Made by a program: the position numbers and the translations under genes. The notes beneath the pieces were generated by a model that saw only the letters and a program-made list of their open reading frames with translations, ran no database searches and was not told the origin of the DNA. This document shows positions 32,321-42,509 of a stretch of DNA of 64,000 bases, piece by piece; position 1 is the stretch's first letter; each line of letters begins with the position of its first letter. Source of the DNA: a bacterium (GTDB lineage Bacteria > Hydrothermota > UBA3073 > JACQXS01 > JAQTXJ01); contig JAQTXJ010000001.1 in the NCBI GenBank assembly GCA_028688815.1, forward strand, positions 20,587 through 84,586, read 5' to 3'.

Positions 32321-32560
32321 TTATCCTTCAACCGGGCTTGATAAAGAAGTCCTGGTAGAAGCTGCCGTTGTGAATTTCAAAACAAAATCCAATGCTTCAG
32401 ATTCATTCGGGGCTTCATATATAATCACAAAATCATGCGCTCCCAATAATTTGAGAAACTGTTTTATTTTTATGTTTTCCGGTGCCTTAACTTTTTTAGT
32501 CAAGTAAAGCAAATCTTCTATCTTCCCCGGTATCACATCAAGTGTGGTCATAAAAAGCAT
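32321..32560 (-). CDS. GYD-domain family small protein (copy 2, tandem paralog)
   Basis: 79 aa, about 85 percent identical to copy 1; same Shine-Dalgarno sequence. Confidence 0.5.
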   Translation of the reverse strand: MLFMTTLDVIPGKIEDLLYLTKKVKAPENIKIKQFLKLLGAHDFVIIYEAPNESEALDFVLKFTTAASTRTSLSSPVEG

Positions 32561-33033
32561 TCTTCCCCCTTTTTTATTTGTTTAATTTCTTTTATCTAAT
32601 ATAAAACAATTGCAATAAAACTTATATTTTAGCTAAAAATATTGTATTTTCAAAAAATGTCAACATTTTACTATAGTTTTTCTTTTTTTATCGGATAGGG
32701 TTTGGGGACGCAACCAAACTTTCATATGGTATACGGGTTCTAGCAAGCTCAAATCTGTGCTCCTACGATTCATATTTACAAGAACCTAAATTTTGTTCCA
32801 CCCTTTAATAGAAAATAAAATTCTTTCATACATTCCTTTCGAGTAAATTCTGCAAATTCAGATATGAAAAAGTGGTAGTAGATAGAATTACCACCATTTA
32901 CTTTAAATTTCTTTCAAAAAATATTTGACATCCATATGGGAAAATATATCTACGCTATAATCAATGTAAAAGAGTTTAAAACTGTTGACAATAGATTATA
33001 AAGGTACTATGAATTAGAAATAGAGAAAGCAAT

Positions 33034-34236
33034 ATGAACAAACGAGAAGAACTTTTATTTACGGCAGTTAAAACCGGTGATTTAGAAAAAGTAAAAGAAG
33101 CAATTAAATTTTCACTTCTATCCGGCAACGCAGATGTTAATATAAAAGACAGATACGGATATACCCCGCTAATCTGGGCATTAGAAAGAGGTTACAAAGA
33201 AATCGCAGAACTGCTTATTATTAAAGGCGCTGATGTTAGCGCAAAAAACAGGCAAGGCGACACCCCGCTAAACTTTGCATTGGACTATGGTTACGAAGAA
33301 ATCACAGAATTGCTTATTAATGAAGGCGCGGATGTTAATGCAAAAAACAGATATGGCGACACCCCGCTAATCCAAGCGTTGGAAAAAGGCTACAAGGAAA
33401 TCGCAGAATTACTCATCGATGAAGGCGCGGATGTTAATGCAAAAAACAGATACGGCGACATCCCCCTAATTCAGGCATTGGAAAAAGGCTACAAAGGAAT
33501 CGCAGAGTTACTTATTGATGAAGGGGCTGATGTTAATGTAAAAAATAATGACGGTGTTACCCCACTAATCTACGCCTTAGAAAAAGGCTACAAAGAAATA
33601 ATAGAACTACTTATCACTAAAGGCGCAGATGTTAACGTGAAAGACAAACAAGGCAACACTCCGCTAATCTGGGTGTTGGAAAAAGGCTATAAGAAAATCG
33701 CTGACTTGCTTATTAATAAAGGCGCAGATGTCAACGCTAAAGACAGATACGGGTATACCGTACTAATCCGGGCGTCGGAAAAAGGATACAAAGAAATAGT
33801 AGAATTGCTTCTTGCTAAAGGCGCAGATATCAATGCTAAAAATAATAATGGCGTTACCCCACTAATCCAGGTATCAGAAAACGGGCACAAAGAAATCGCA
33901 GAATTGCTTATCTCCAAAGGAGCAGATGTTAATGCAAAAACCATATATTACAATACCTCGCTAATTTGGGCATTGGGAAACGGGTACAAAGAAATTGCAG
34001 AATTGCTTATCACAAAGGATGCAGATGTCAATGCTAAAAATAATAATGGCATTACTCCGCTAATCCAAGCGTCGGAAAAAGGCTATAGAGGAATAGTAGA
34101 ATTACTCATTATTAAAGGCGCAGATGTTAACGTGAAAGACAGATACGGTAATACCCCGCTAATCTGGGCATTGGAAAAAGGCTATAAAGAAATCGCGGAA
34201 TTGCTTGTCAATAATGGGGCATACAGGAACTTATAA
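33034..34236 (+). CDS. Ankyrin-repeat protein (about 11 near-identical 33-aa repeats)
   Basis: Repeats of GYTPLIWALEKGYKEIAELLIxKGADVNAKNxxG; the repeats are also near-identical at the DNA level (99-nt period). Confidence 0.85.
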   Translation: MNKREELLFTAVKTGDLEKVKEAIKFSLLSGNADVNIKDRYGYTPLIWALERGYKEIAELLIIKGADVSAKNRQGDTPLNFALDYGYEEITELLINEGADVNAKNRYGDTPLIQALEKGYKEIAELLIDEGADVNAKNRYGDIPLIQALEKGYKGIAELLIDEGADVNVKNNDGVTPLIYALEKGYKEIIELLITKGADVNVKDKQGNTPLIWVLEKGYKKIADLLINKGADVNAKDRYGYTVLIRASEKGYKEIVELLLAKGADINAKNNNGVTPLIQVSENGHKEIAELLISKGADVNAKTIYYNTSLIWALGNGYKEIAELLITKDADVNAKNNNGITPLIQASEKGYRGIVELLIIKGADVNVKDRYGNTPLIWALEKGYKEIAELLVNNGAYRNL

Positions 34237-34289
34237 CCCCCGACTAAAAAACTTGTATCCGGGAAATCCGTTACCGCAATCCTTTATTT

Positions 34290-35786
34290 CTATTCTCCTT
34301 TCCTCATAAAATCCAATATATATCTTACGGAAAAGTAAACCACAGTCAAGCTAACCATCCAATAAACCGCTATCCATAAAGGATTAACACCTATAAACAT
34401 TAACCTGTTCCACCATGTAAATACCGTGTTGGAAGCATATAGAGACTCGTTAGATATCGCCGGAGGTGTATATTTGGCGCTTTCAAAAGTATGCAATGTT
34501 CCTAAAAATAAATTCCATAAATTTATAAATAAAATCTTTACGGTATCCCATAATTGTGGGTACCTGTAATAAAATACATATTCCATATCCTTATCCCAAA
34601 AGTAGCGTATTCTCCCGTGCCAGTTAACCAATGTCCCCGCAAATTGAATAAGCAAACTGTAAGCAGATAAAATATAAATAAAAAATCTTTTACTTGGCGG
34701 AAATTTGGGTTTTAACCAGTATCCTAAAGGCAGAATCAATAACGGAGTAATTTCGAGCGTATACCTTGGTCCCCAGCTAAAAAAATCCGACCACAGCAAA
34801 GTGCTTCCCAAAAGATAAAAAATCACAACGGATAATATTAATATGCATTCTTTCTTCTTTTCTCTAAAAAATTGATTCCAACCCAATATCGATAATATTA
34901 AAATTGGTGAATATAAAAATATGTTCTTATTCTTATTAAAAACTGTTTTTTGGACTCCTATCGCAATAGAGTCGATATAGTAATACCCTTTATTTAATAC
35001 TGTTCTTGCGCTTGGACTTATGAAAAAACCACCGGTCCTTATCCAATTATACCATCCCCAAAGAAAAAAGAAAGGAGCCACTCCTATTAAAAAAACAAAT
35101 ATTATCTTGAAGTTTTTTTCCCTTAACGCAATCAAAAATATAAAAACAAAAACAAAGAAAAGAAAAACATACGAGAGGTCCCTTGTATTAATAGTTAATC
35201 CTGCAAAAACTCCACAAAAAACTAAATACCATAATCTCTGTTTTTTTAAAAATTCAAATAAGAAATATAATGAGCTCACTATAAACAACATATTTAGATT
35301 CCCTTCGTAATTCGTAGAAGAATAAGGAAAAACAATTGTTAAAAAAGCTAAACATAATGTAGTATAAAAAGATACTTTAAGCGACATTCCAAGGGAACAA
35401 AGCAGTGAAAAGAAAACCACACATGCTAATGCATTAACGACAACACCGGTTAATGCTCCCCAAAAAGATATAACCTGTTTAACACCCCCATCCTTATGTA
35501 TTACTTTACTTACAATTGGTTCGCACATAGCTATAGGAGTCATTAGGAAAACATTTGTAATCCCATGCCAATCATACCAATCTCCGTTTTTCCCCTGGAC
35601 TAATAAAGTATCATTTGTCTGTTTAGCCAGAGACGGAGAATGTCGTTGAACTAAATTTCGGGATATTTCCAACTGAAAATCCGCTTCGACCCAAGGAAGC
35701 CCCTTGGCAAACAACAAATATATCGCTGCTATTAAAAAGAAAAGAGAAGTTTTGAATTTCAATAAACTATTACACGGAATTGACAT
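34290..35786 (-). CDS. Polytopic membrane protein, GT-C-fold glycosyltransferase-like (ArnT/PMT-family-like)
   Basis: 498 aa with more than 10 predicted TM helices and an N-proximal GDWYDW loop motif; divergent from the adjacent deacetylase/formyltransferase/GT2 genes. Confidence 0.4.
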   Translation of the reverse strand: MSIPCNSLLKFKTSLFFLIAAIYLLFAKGLPWVEADFQLEISRNLVQRHSPSLAKQTNDTLLVQGKNGDWYDWHGITNVFLMTPIAMCEPIVSKVIHKDGGVKQVISFWGALTGVVVNALACVVFFSLLCSLGMSLKVSFYTTLCLAFLTIVFPYSSTNYEGNLNMLFIVSSLYFLFEFLKKQRLWYLVFCGVFAGLTINTRDLSYVFLFFVFVFIFLIALREKNFKIIFVFLIGVAPFFFLWGWYNWIRTGGFFISPSARTVLNKGYYYIDSIAIGVQKTVFNKNKNIFLYSPILILSILGWNQFFREKKKECILILSVVIFYLLGSTLLWSDFFSWGPRYTLEITPLLILPLGYWLKPKFPPSKRFFIYILSAYSLLIQFAGTLVNWHGRIRYFWDKDMEYVFYYRYPQLWDTVKILFINLWNLFLGTLHTFESAKYTPPAISNESLYASNTVFTWWNRLMFIGVNPLWIAVYWMVSLTVVYFSVRYILDFMRKGE

Positions 35787-36146
35787 TTTCTTCTGCTCCC
35801 GCTTGTTAACTTTTTTCTGTAACCAAACAATAAACTATAATTTTATTAAAATTTTTTGTCAACCTTAATAAGAAAACAGGAAGAAAATATTGACAGAATG
35901 CTATTCTTTAGTAATTTATTAAAACATAGGGTATACTCAGACTACTGACAATAAGCTGTAAAACAAGGATAAAAACTGAAAAAGATTAGAATTTTAATAG
36001 GTAGCGATACGGCATTTACGCTGCAAGCGCCTGAAATAAAATATACTCTTCAAACACTACTTACCATCGCCGGATTCCCATGGGAATTTGTAAAAGAAGA
36101 GAATTCAAACAATGAAATTGATGTTTATTATGGGCACGATAAAAAT

Positions 36147-37421
36147 GTGAAGTGCAAGCTTCATATTATACCGTTATGTTTAAACTCTATTATGATAGAT
36201 ACGCCTATTAAGATAATTTACGATAAAGAAATCCCATTCCTTTTTTTTGACGAAATTAGCATTAAAGATAAAGTCTATTATTTAGATAATGATAAAACGC
36301 TTTTGGCAAATGATATAATTTTTTCTTCTTTCTATTTGCTGACAGGTTGGAATGAAAAATTTATAAATAGGGACAAAAAAGACAGGCACAATATTCAACA
36401 ATCGTTTCTCTACCAAAACAATCTACTGCACACGCCAATCGTAAATAAATATGCAGACATATTGTTAAATGTTTTCAGTAAAAGTCACCGGCCTCTTCCA
36501 TCCTGGCCTTACGGTAAAAAATACGCCGTTGCTTTGTCCCACGATATTGATTACCCGGTGATGATAAAATGGATAGAAGCAATAAGATATTGCGCAAAAA
36601 ACAAACCAAATATTAATCCTGTTAAAATATTCGATATATTGTTCGGGAAAGAAACTTTCTGGAACTTTGAAAAATGTATGGAATTGGAAACAAGCCACTG
36701 TCTGAAATCTGCTTTTTATTTTTGCGGGTATAAAGGAAACCTATTACGCTATTTATTATACGCGCCAGACCCATTTTATGATGTCTCCGATAAAAAGTTC
36801 TATCAATTGTTTGAGACTCTGAAAAATCACGGTTTTGAAATAGGAATGCATGCAAGTTATCTTGCATACAAATCTGTGAATTCTTTTAAATCCGAAAAAC
36901 AAAAAATAGAATCCGTCCTGGGCAAAAACATTACAGGCAATCGTCATCACTACTGGCACTGGAACCAAAACGATGCTGCACAGACATCGATAATTCACAA
37001 TGAAATAGGACTGGTATACGATTCCAGCATTTGTTTCGAAAAACACAGCGGGTTCCGTTACGGCATAAGCAGCCCTTTTCATTTGTACGATTCTAATACC
37101 TCTTCCCGGGTTGATACTTTACAACTGCCACCGAGTTTGATGGATGCTCAATTATTTGATTTTAGAAAAGAATCGAATTTTACAAAATATGAAGATATGA
37201 TAGATTCGCTTATAAATAATGCCAGGTCTTCGAGCGGAGTTTTTGTTGTTGACTTTCATCCAAGAACACTGAATAATACGCTTTTCCCTGAATGGGGAGA
37301 TAGTTACACGTATTTACTAAATGCAGTCTGCAAAAATGATGATTTCTTTTGCGATACTCCCGGGGGAATAGCCAATTACTGGTTGGAAAGAGAAAAAAAA
37401 TTATTAGAGGCATCCCTATGA
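36147..37421 (+). CDS. Polysaccharide deacetylase (NodB-homology) family protein, ArnD-like
   Basis: ALSHDIDYP (hydrophobic-x-x-D-h-D) and a His-rich NRHHYWHW block reminiscent of NodB/ArnD motifs; GTG start at 36147 (alternative ATG 36192). Confidence 0.35.
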   Translation: MKCKLHIIPLCLNSIMIDTPIKIIYDKEIPFLFFDEISIKDKVYYLDNDKTLLANDIIFSSFYLLTGWNEKFINRDKKDRHNIQQSFLYQNNLLHTPIVNKYADILLNVFSKSHRPLPSWPYGKKYAVALSHDIDYPVMIKWIEAIRYCAKNKPNINPVKIFDILFGKETFWNFEKCMELETSHCLKSAFYFCGYKGNLLRYLLYAPDPFYDVSDKKFYQLFETLKNHGFEIGMHASYLAYKSVNSFKSEKQKIESVLGKNITGNRHHYWHWNQNDAAQTSIIHNEIGLVYDSSICFEKHSGFRYGISSPFHLYDSNTSSRVDTLQLPPSLMDAQLFDFRKESNFTKYEDMIDSLINNARSSSGVFVVDFHPRTLNNTLFPEWGDSYTYLLNAVCKNDDFFCDTPGGIANYWLEREKKLLEASL

Positions 37422-38191
37422 ATATTGTCGTTTTAACAAATAAAAATAGCAATTTTGGTAAAAAAGTATTGAACAGGTTAATCCTTGACGGCCTCAAAGC
37501 TAATGCCGTAATCGTAATTAAACAACCACCAAGCTATAACCTAAAATTATTTAATTCCGTAAAAAAAAGAGTAGGTATTTGGGATGCTTTATGCTTTTCC
37601 ATAGAAAAAATATTCCAGGGAGAAAAACACCTAAGAGATGAAAAACCAATAATAACCGACTATTCTAAATTAGCACAACAGGTATTTTTTACCCGAGGAA
37701 CAAATACTATCCAAACAATAAATATCCTTAAAATGCTGAGCCCTGATATTTTAATCCTAGGACAAACCGGAATAGTTAAAAAGGAAATCCTTGAAATACC
37801 AAAACTTGGGACATTGAATGCACATCCCGGGATTCTACCGTTTTATCGCGGTATAGATTGCTGGAAATGGGCTGTTTATAATAACGAATTTGATAAAATA
37901 GGATGCAGTGTCCACTGGGTAGATACAGGTGTTGATACGGGAAACATAATTGCCGTAAAGAGGAACGATATTAGCAACCCGGATTTTGCTTGTATTGAAA
38001 ATACGCTTTACGATAATTGTATTTTATTGCTTTCCAATGTGTTACAAAGATTAAAAACTTCTTATATTGAAGGGACTAAACAAGAAAAAGAAACCGGCAA
38101 ACAATACTATAAAATGTCTAAAAAGTTAGAAAAAACAGTTAAAGATAAATTAGAAAATATTGCAGTAAGAACCGACCGTAAAAAAATATAA
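37418..38191 (+). CDS. Formyltransferase-domain protein (Fmt/PurN/ArnA-N or sugar N-formyltransferase-like)
   Basis: NAHPGILPFYRG matches the formyl-transferase catalytic motif (N..H..SLLPxxRG); ATGA overlap with the upstream gene. Confidence 0.6.
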   Translation: MNIVVLTNKNSNFGKKVLNRLILDGLKANAVIVIKQPPSYNLKLFNSVKKRVGIWDALCFSIEKIFQGEKHLRDEKPIITDYSKLAQQVFFTRGTNTIQTINILKMLSPDILILGQTGIVKKEILEIPKLGTLNAHPGILPFYRGIDCWKWAVYNNEFDKIGCSVHWVDTGVDTGNIIAVKRNDISNPDFACIENTLYDNCILLLSNVLQRLKTSYIEGTKQEKETGKQYYKMSKKLEKTVKDKLENIAVRTDRKKI

Positions 38192-38196
38192 TTGTT

Positions 38197-39141
38197 ATGA
38201 AGCCATCCGTTATTATACCTAAAGACAAAGGAGTATTAAAAAATCATATTGATTTAAGCATATCTATCGTTCATCATAAAAATAAAGAATTTTTAGAAAA
38301 ATGTCTCGACTCTATATTTAAGGAAACTAAAAACATAACCTTTGAAATATTTGTAATAGATAATTGTTCGAATGATAAAATACCGGAATTGATTGAAAAA
38401 AAATACCCCGGAATTACCTTAATCAGGAACAATCAGTCAGAAGGATTTGCAAGCAATCACAACAAAGCATTAAAACTGGCAAACGGGCGGTATTTACTTA
38501 TCCTGAATAACGATACTATTATTTTAGATTCTGCCTTCGATAAAATGGTAAAATTTATGGATACAAACTCAATCATAGGAGCGCTTGGATGTAAAATGTA
38601 CTTAACAGAAAAAATGGATTCCGCATCCCCGCCACCTTCAAAGTACTCTTTTACCCCTTTTAGAGAATTCTGGGACAGTTTAGTCGGACATTCCGGGATA
38701 CAAAAAATATTCTACAATTCCCCTCTGATTTACAACCCCGGATGCAGTACCGCAGGTCCGAAAGCAGTTGACACGGAAAACGAAGTGGCACATATAAGCG
38801 GGGCATGTATGATGGTGCGCAAAGAAGTAGCAACGCAAGTAGGGTTAATGGACGAAAACTATATGATGTTTCTTGAGGAAACGGATTGGTGTTATCGAAT
38901 AAAAAAACAAGGTTGGAAAATGTATTATTATCCGAAAGCTTATATAATCCATTACGGCTCAAAATCATTAGGTTACTTTGAAAACACCAGAAAAAAACTA
39001 CACGAGGAAAGCCTTGCTTATTTTTTCAAAAAACACTACGGTGCCGGTGGATTTCTTTTATTCAAGATGTTAAGAATTGTCCTATTTCCCATAATGTCTA
39101 TTCATAAATTATACTTAAAAATAACATACCCTCAAAAATAA
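38197..39141 (+). CDS. Family 2 glycosyltransferase
   Basis: LSISIVHHKNKEFLEKCLDSI...FVIDNCSNDK (GT-A fold, DxD region). Confidence 0.7.
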   Translation: MKPSVIIPKDKGVLKNHIDLSISIVHHKNKEFLEKCLDSIFKETKNITFEIFVIDNCSNDKIPELIEKKYPGITLIRNNQSEGFASNHNKALKLANGRYLLILNNDTIILDSAFDKMVKFMDTNSIIGALGCKMYLTEKMDSASPPPSKYSFTPFREFWDSLVGHSGIQKIFYNSPLIYNPGCSTAGPKAVDTENEVAHISGACMMVRKEVATQVGLMDENYMMFLEETDWCYRIKKQGWKMYYYPKAYIIHYGSKSLGYFENTRKKLHEESLAYFFKKHYGAGGFLLFKMLRIVLFPIMSIHKLYLKITYPQK

Positions 39142-39146
39142 AACTT

Positions 39147-40271
39147 ATGAAAATCTTACTGGCCGGAAATTTTCCTTGTGATGAGAAACTTGGTTCACCC
39201 AAAATACTCATTAAACTCGGGAAAGAATTAGAAAAAAAGGGACACTTTGTTAAGTATATATTTAGCGAAGACTTAAAAACCGCCTTGCCGACAAAACATT
39301 TACGATACTTTAATTCTCCCCTTGCCGTGTTTTTTGCAGTCAGAAAATATTATAAGTTATACAAGGGGTTTGATATTGTCCAGATTGCCTCGGGAGATGG
39401 TTTTATATGGGGACTCTATAAAAGACTTCTAAAACTGAATAACAAATATATATGTTTATCCATAGGACTTGAACACCTGGATGAAAAAATCAGGAAAGAA
39501 AACGAAAAACTCGGATTGCTGAAATTATCTTTAATACATAAAATAGGGTTTAGCGTAAGGCTTAGAAGCGTGGAATTATCAATAAAACTAAGTGATACGA
39601 CAATATGTTTAAACAGCGTTGATAAAGATTTTATCGTTCAGCATTGTTCCATAAAAGCAGAAAAAATAAAAGTAATACCTGCCGGAGTGTCTAAAAAGTT
39701 TTTTCTAAAACAAAAAAAATCCTCTTCCGGCAAAAATTCATTATTGTATGTCGGGACGTGGATTCCAAGAAAAGGAGTAAAATACCTTGCTGATGCATAT
39801 TCGATACTTGCAAATAAAATTGATAATCTGAGTTTGACTATAGTCGGCGGCGTAGAAACAGAAGAAACAATTAAATCCGAATTTTCACAAAACATAAGAA
39901 ATAAAGTTCAGATAATTCCGTTAGTTCCTGAAGAAGAGTTGGTTAATATATACGGGAATTATACTATTTTTGTTTTCCCTACTCTTTGCGAAGGTTTCGG
40001 TATGGTATTTTTAGAAGCTATGGCATCAGGACTTGCAGTAATAACAACAAACGCGGGTGGAGCAATAGATATAATAGAAAATAACATAGACGGGATTATC
40101 ATTCCTGAACGGAATACTGACGCTATTGTTTCTGCAGTTGAAAAACTCATATATGACAACAATCTATTGTTGGAAATTGGAACAAAAGCAAGAGAAAAAG
40201 CTAGAAATTTTGTATGGGAAAATATGGCAGAAAAAATAATCAAGACATACGAAAAAATAACCTTGCGATGA
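39147..40271 (+). CDS. Family 4 (group 1) glycosyltransferase
   Basis: C-terminal FVFPTLCEGFGMVFLEAMASGLAVITTNAGG (E-x7-E-like GT-B motif). Confidence 0.75.
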   Translation: MKILLAGNFPCDEKLGSPKILIKLGKELEKKGHFVKYIFSEDLKTALPTKHLRYFNSPLAVFFAVRKYYKLYKGFDIVQIASGDGFIWGLYKRLLKLNNKYICLSIGLEHLDEKIRKENEKLGLLKLSLIHKIGFSVRLRSVELSIKLSDTTICLNSVDKDFIVQHCSIKAEKIKVIPAGVSKKFFLKQKKSSSGKNSLLYVGTWIPRKGVKYLADAYSILANKIDNLSLTIVGGVETEETIKSEFSQNIRNKVQIIPLVPEEELVNIYGNYTIFVFPTLCEGFGMVFLEAMASGLAVITTNAGGAIDIIENNIDGIIIPERNTDAIVSAVEKLIYDNNLLLEIGTKAREKARNFVWENMAEKIIKTYEKITLR

Positions 40272-40360
40272 AATATGGAGAATTCTCAAGTTAAAATTGA
40301 CAAAAGACTTCGGTGAAATTATATTTATTAAAAACTCTTAGGGATTAAAAATTACTTAAT

Positions 40361-41137
40361 ATGATACTATTTATTATTCCGGCATACAATGAAGAGAAGA
40401 ACATTCCTACTCTATTAAAAGAGATAGAATGCTTTGCTAAAAATTACAAATGCCGGATAATTATTGTTAATGACGGGAGCACAGACAAAACCGAAGAGAT
40501 AGCAACATCTTTCAAAAATAAACTTCCGGTAGAAGTTCTTACTCATCCTACGAATAAAGGTCCCGGGGAAGCTTTTAAAACAGGTTTTTCTTATGTTTTA
40601 AAAGAGGCAAAAGAGGAAGACATTATCATAACTAAAGAAGCTGATAATACCGGGGATGATTCCATATTACCGGTTATGATAAAAAAAATATTGGAAGGAA
40701 ACAATTTAGTTATCGCCTCCTGTTATGCAAGGGATGGAGAAATAATCGGCACTACATTTATCCGTAAAGCTTTAAGCTATGCCGCGAATATATTCTTAAG
40801 AATACTTTACCCGCATCTAAAAGTAAAAACTTACAGTTCCTTCTATCGCGCTTATTCTGTTAAGCTCTTAAAAAAGGCATATAAAATTTACGGGAATAAC
40901 TTCATAAAAGAAAAAGGATTTATTGTTATGACAGAAATACTAATAAAATTAAGTAGATTAAAAGATACAAAGATAGCGGAAATTCCCACAGTATTGAAAT
41001 GTGATAATAGGGTAGGCAAAAGCAAAATGATTGTATTAAAAAACATCCTTGATTATTTATGTTTTATTCTTAAAGACACCCTTGATAGGATTTACAAAGT
41101 TGATATAAACAATAGATACCAAGATTACCCGGATTAA
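40361..41137 (+). CDS. Polyprenol-phosphate glycosyltransferase, DPM1/ArnC-like GT2
   Basis: IIPAYNEEKNIPTLL...IIIVNDGSTDKTEEIA N-terminus typical of Dpm1/ArnC/GtrB-like enzymes; own TTGACA promoter upstream. Confidence 0.7.
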   Translation: MILFIIPAYNEEKNIPTLLKEIECFAKNYKCRIIIVNDGSTDKTEEIATSFKNKLPVEVLTHPTNKGPGEAFKTGFSYVLKEAKEEDIIITKEADNTGDDSILPVMIKKILEGNNLVIASCYARDGEIIGTTFIRKALSYAANIFLRILYPHLKVKTYSSFYRAYSVKLLKKAYKIYGNNFIKEKGFIVMTEILIKLSRLKDTKIAEIPTVLKCDNRVGKSKMIVLKNILDYLCFILKDTLDRIYKVDINNRYQDYPD

Positions 41138-41139
41138 GA

Positions 41140-42498
41140 ATGAAAAAATTACTTGGTTTTTCCGCATTTACAATTAGCATAATCATCATATATTCTTTAA
41201 TTAATTTTATTGGAATATCCCTAACAAAAACAGGAGTAGAAAATAAACTGTTATTTGGGATACTAATTCTTTTTAAGACAATTTTAATAACACTCTGGTT
41301 ATCGGGAATTACTTATAAAAAACTCTGGGATAAAAATACTTTAAGAAACAAAACTTCCCGAATTATCTGGAGTTTAACACTAATCGTTGTTTTTATACTC
41401 CTTAACTCTTCTTTATTATTATTAGATAGAACAAGTAAATTATATAAACATATAAAGGGACCGTCTTGTGGATGGAAAGGAAAACTGTGGCAGTCAGACA
41501 CAACATTAGGCACCAGGCCAATACCGAATGCAAAAGGATTTGAGACTTTTGTGATAAGTAAAGACGTGCCAATAAAGTTTGACAGGAATGGATTTAGGGT
41601 TCCCGTTTTCTGCACTGATACAACAATTAAAAGGCCTTTATTTTTATTTCTGGGATGCTCATTTACTTTCGGAATGGCTTGCCCGGCAGAAGAAAGTTTT
41701 CCCTACATAGTTTCCCAGGATACAAAAGGTTCCTCAATGAATGCCGGAATATGCGCAGGCGGACTTTCCCAGATGCTTTTATTATCCCGGGAATTAGTCC
41801 CTCATTATAAACCTGATTTTGTAATAGTGCAATACTCGCCGTGGTTAGCCCAAAGAGCCACATTGATGGGAGCCCCGACATATATTGCAGTAACACCGGT
41901 ACCTTATATCTCTAAAACTAAAGACGGAAAAAATGTAATAAGTCCAATTGCTTTTAATTCAAAAACGCTTGATTTAAATATAGAAAAGTTTAGAGGAACT
42001 CCCAAAAACATAAGAGACTATACTTGTTTTTTGTTTGAAATAGCAATACCTTTATACTTACACGATGTTTATTATAGAACTATAACAGCCTTAAAAAAAA
42101 TACTGGGGAAAATTCCAAAACCGGATAAAAACATTAAAGATATAGAACAATTTGCATACAGCAATATTTATGATGTTTGCAAACAAAATAACAGTAAAAT
42201 GATTATTCTTAACCTCGGGGATATTACATATACAAAAAATTCCCATACCCTTATATTGCCTGATAGTAATATTATTTTTGCAGAAGCGGATTCTCTCTTG
42301 TTCCGCAGACTGAAGTCTCCCGACGAATACAATAAAGAATATATGCACTGGTGTTTTAATGGGAAGGATTCCGTTATAGAAGATGTACACCCGACATATA
42401 AAGCAAACAAAATAATAGCAGAAGCTATAGTCACCACGATAAAAGAAAACACCCCAAAAACGAATCTCTCTTATAGCTGCGATAAGACAAAAAAATAG
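41140..42498 (+). CDS. Membrane-anchored SGNH/GDSL-hydrolase-like protein (possible polysaccharide O-acyl transferase/esterase)
   Basis: Two N-terminal TM segments; LFLFLGCSFTFG resembles SGNH block I (GDSxxxG with Asp replaced by Cys). Confidence 0.35.
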   Translation: MKKLLGFSAFTISIIIIYSLINFIGISLTKTGVENKLLFGILILFKTILITLWLSGITYKKLWDKNTLRNKTSRIIWSLTLIVVFILLNSSLLLLDRTSKLYKHIKGPSCGWKGKLWQSDTTLGTRPIPNAKGFETFVISKDVPIKFDRNGFRVPVFCTDTTIKRPLFLFLGCSFTFGMACPAEESFPYIVSQDTKGSSMNAGICAGGLSQMLLLSRELVPHYKPDFVIVQYSPWLAQRATLMGAPTYIAVTPVPYISKTKDGKNVISPIAFNSKTLDLNIEKFRGTPKNIRDYTCFLFEIAIPLYLHDVYYRTITALKKILGKIPKPDKNIKDIEQFAYSNIYDVCKQNNSKMIILNLGDITYTKNSHTLILPDSNIIFAEADSLLFRRLKSPDEYNKEYMHWCFNGKDSVIEDVHPTYKANKIIAEAIVTTIKENTPKTNLSYSCDKTKK

Positions 42499-42509
42499 AA
42501 TCTTCTTCA

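Larger units (their letters stand above)
31836..32575 (-). repeat. Tandem duplication (two units of about 260 bp) of the GYD gene plus its RBS and about 40 nt of 3' flank, separated by a unique GC-rich hairpin-bearing spacer (32100-32310)
   Basis: Direct DNA comparison of 31836-32100 with 32311-32575. Confidence 0.8.

Noticed and set aside
33034-34236. Possible CRISPR-like periodic DNA repeats
   Set aside because: The 99-nt periodicity is the coding ankyrin repeat array within one long ORF. There are no spacer-like unique segments and no cas genes in the window.
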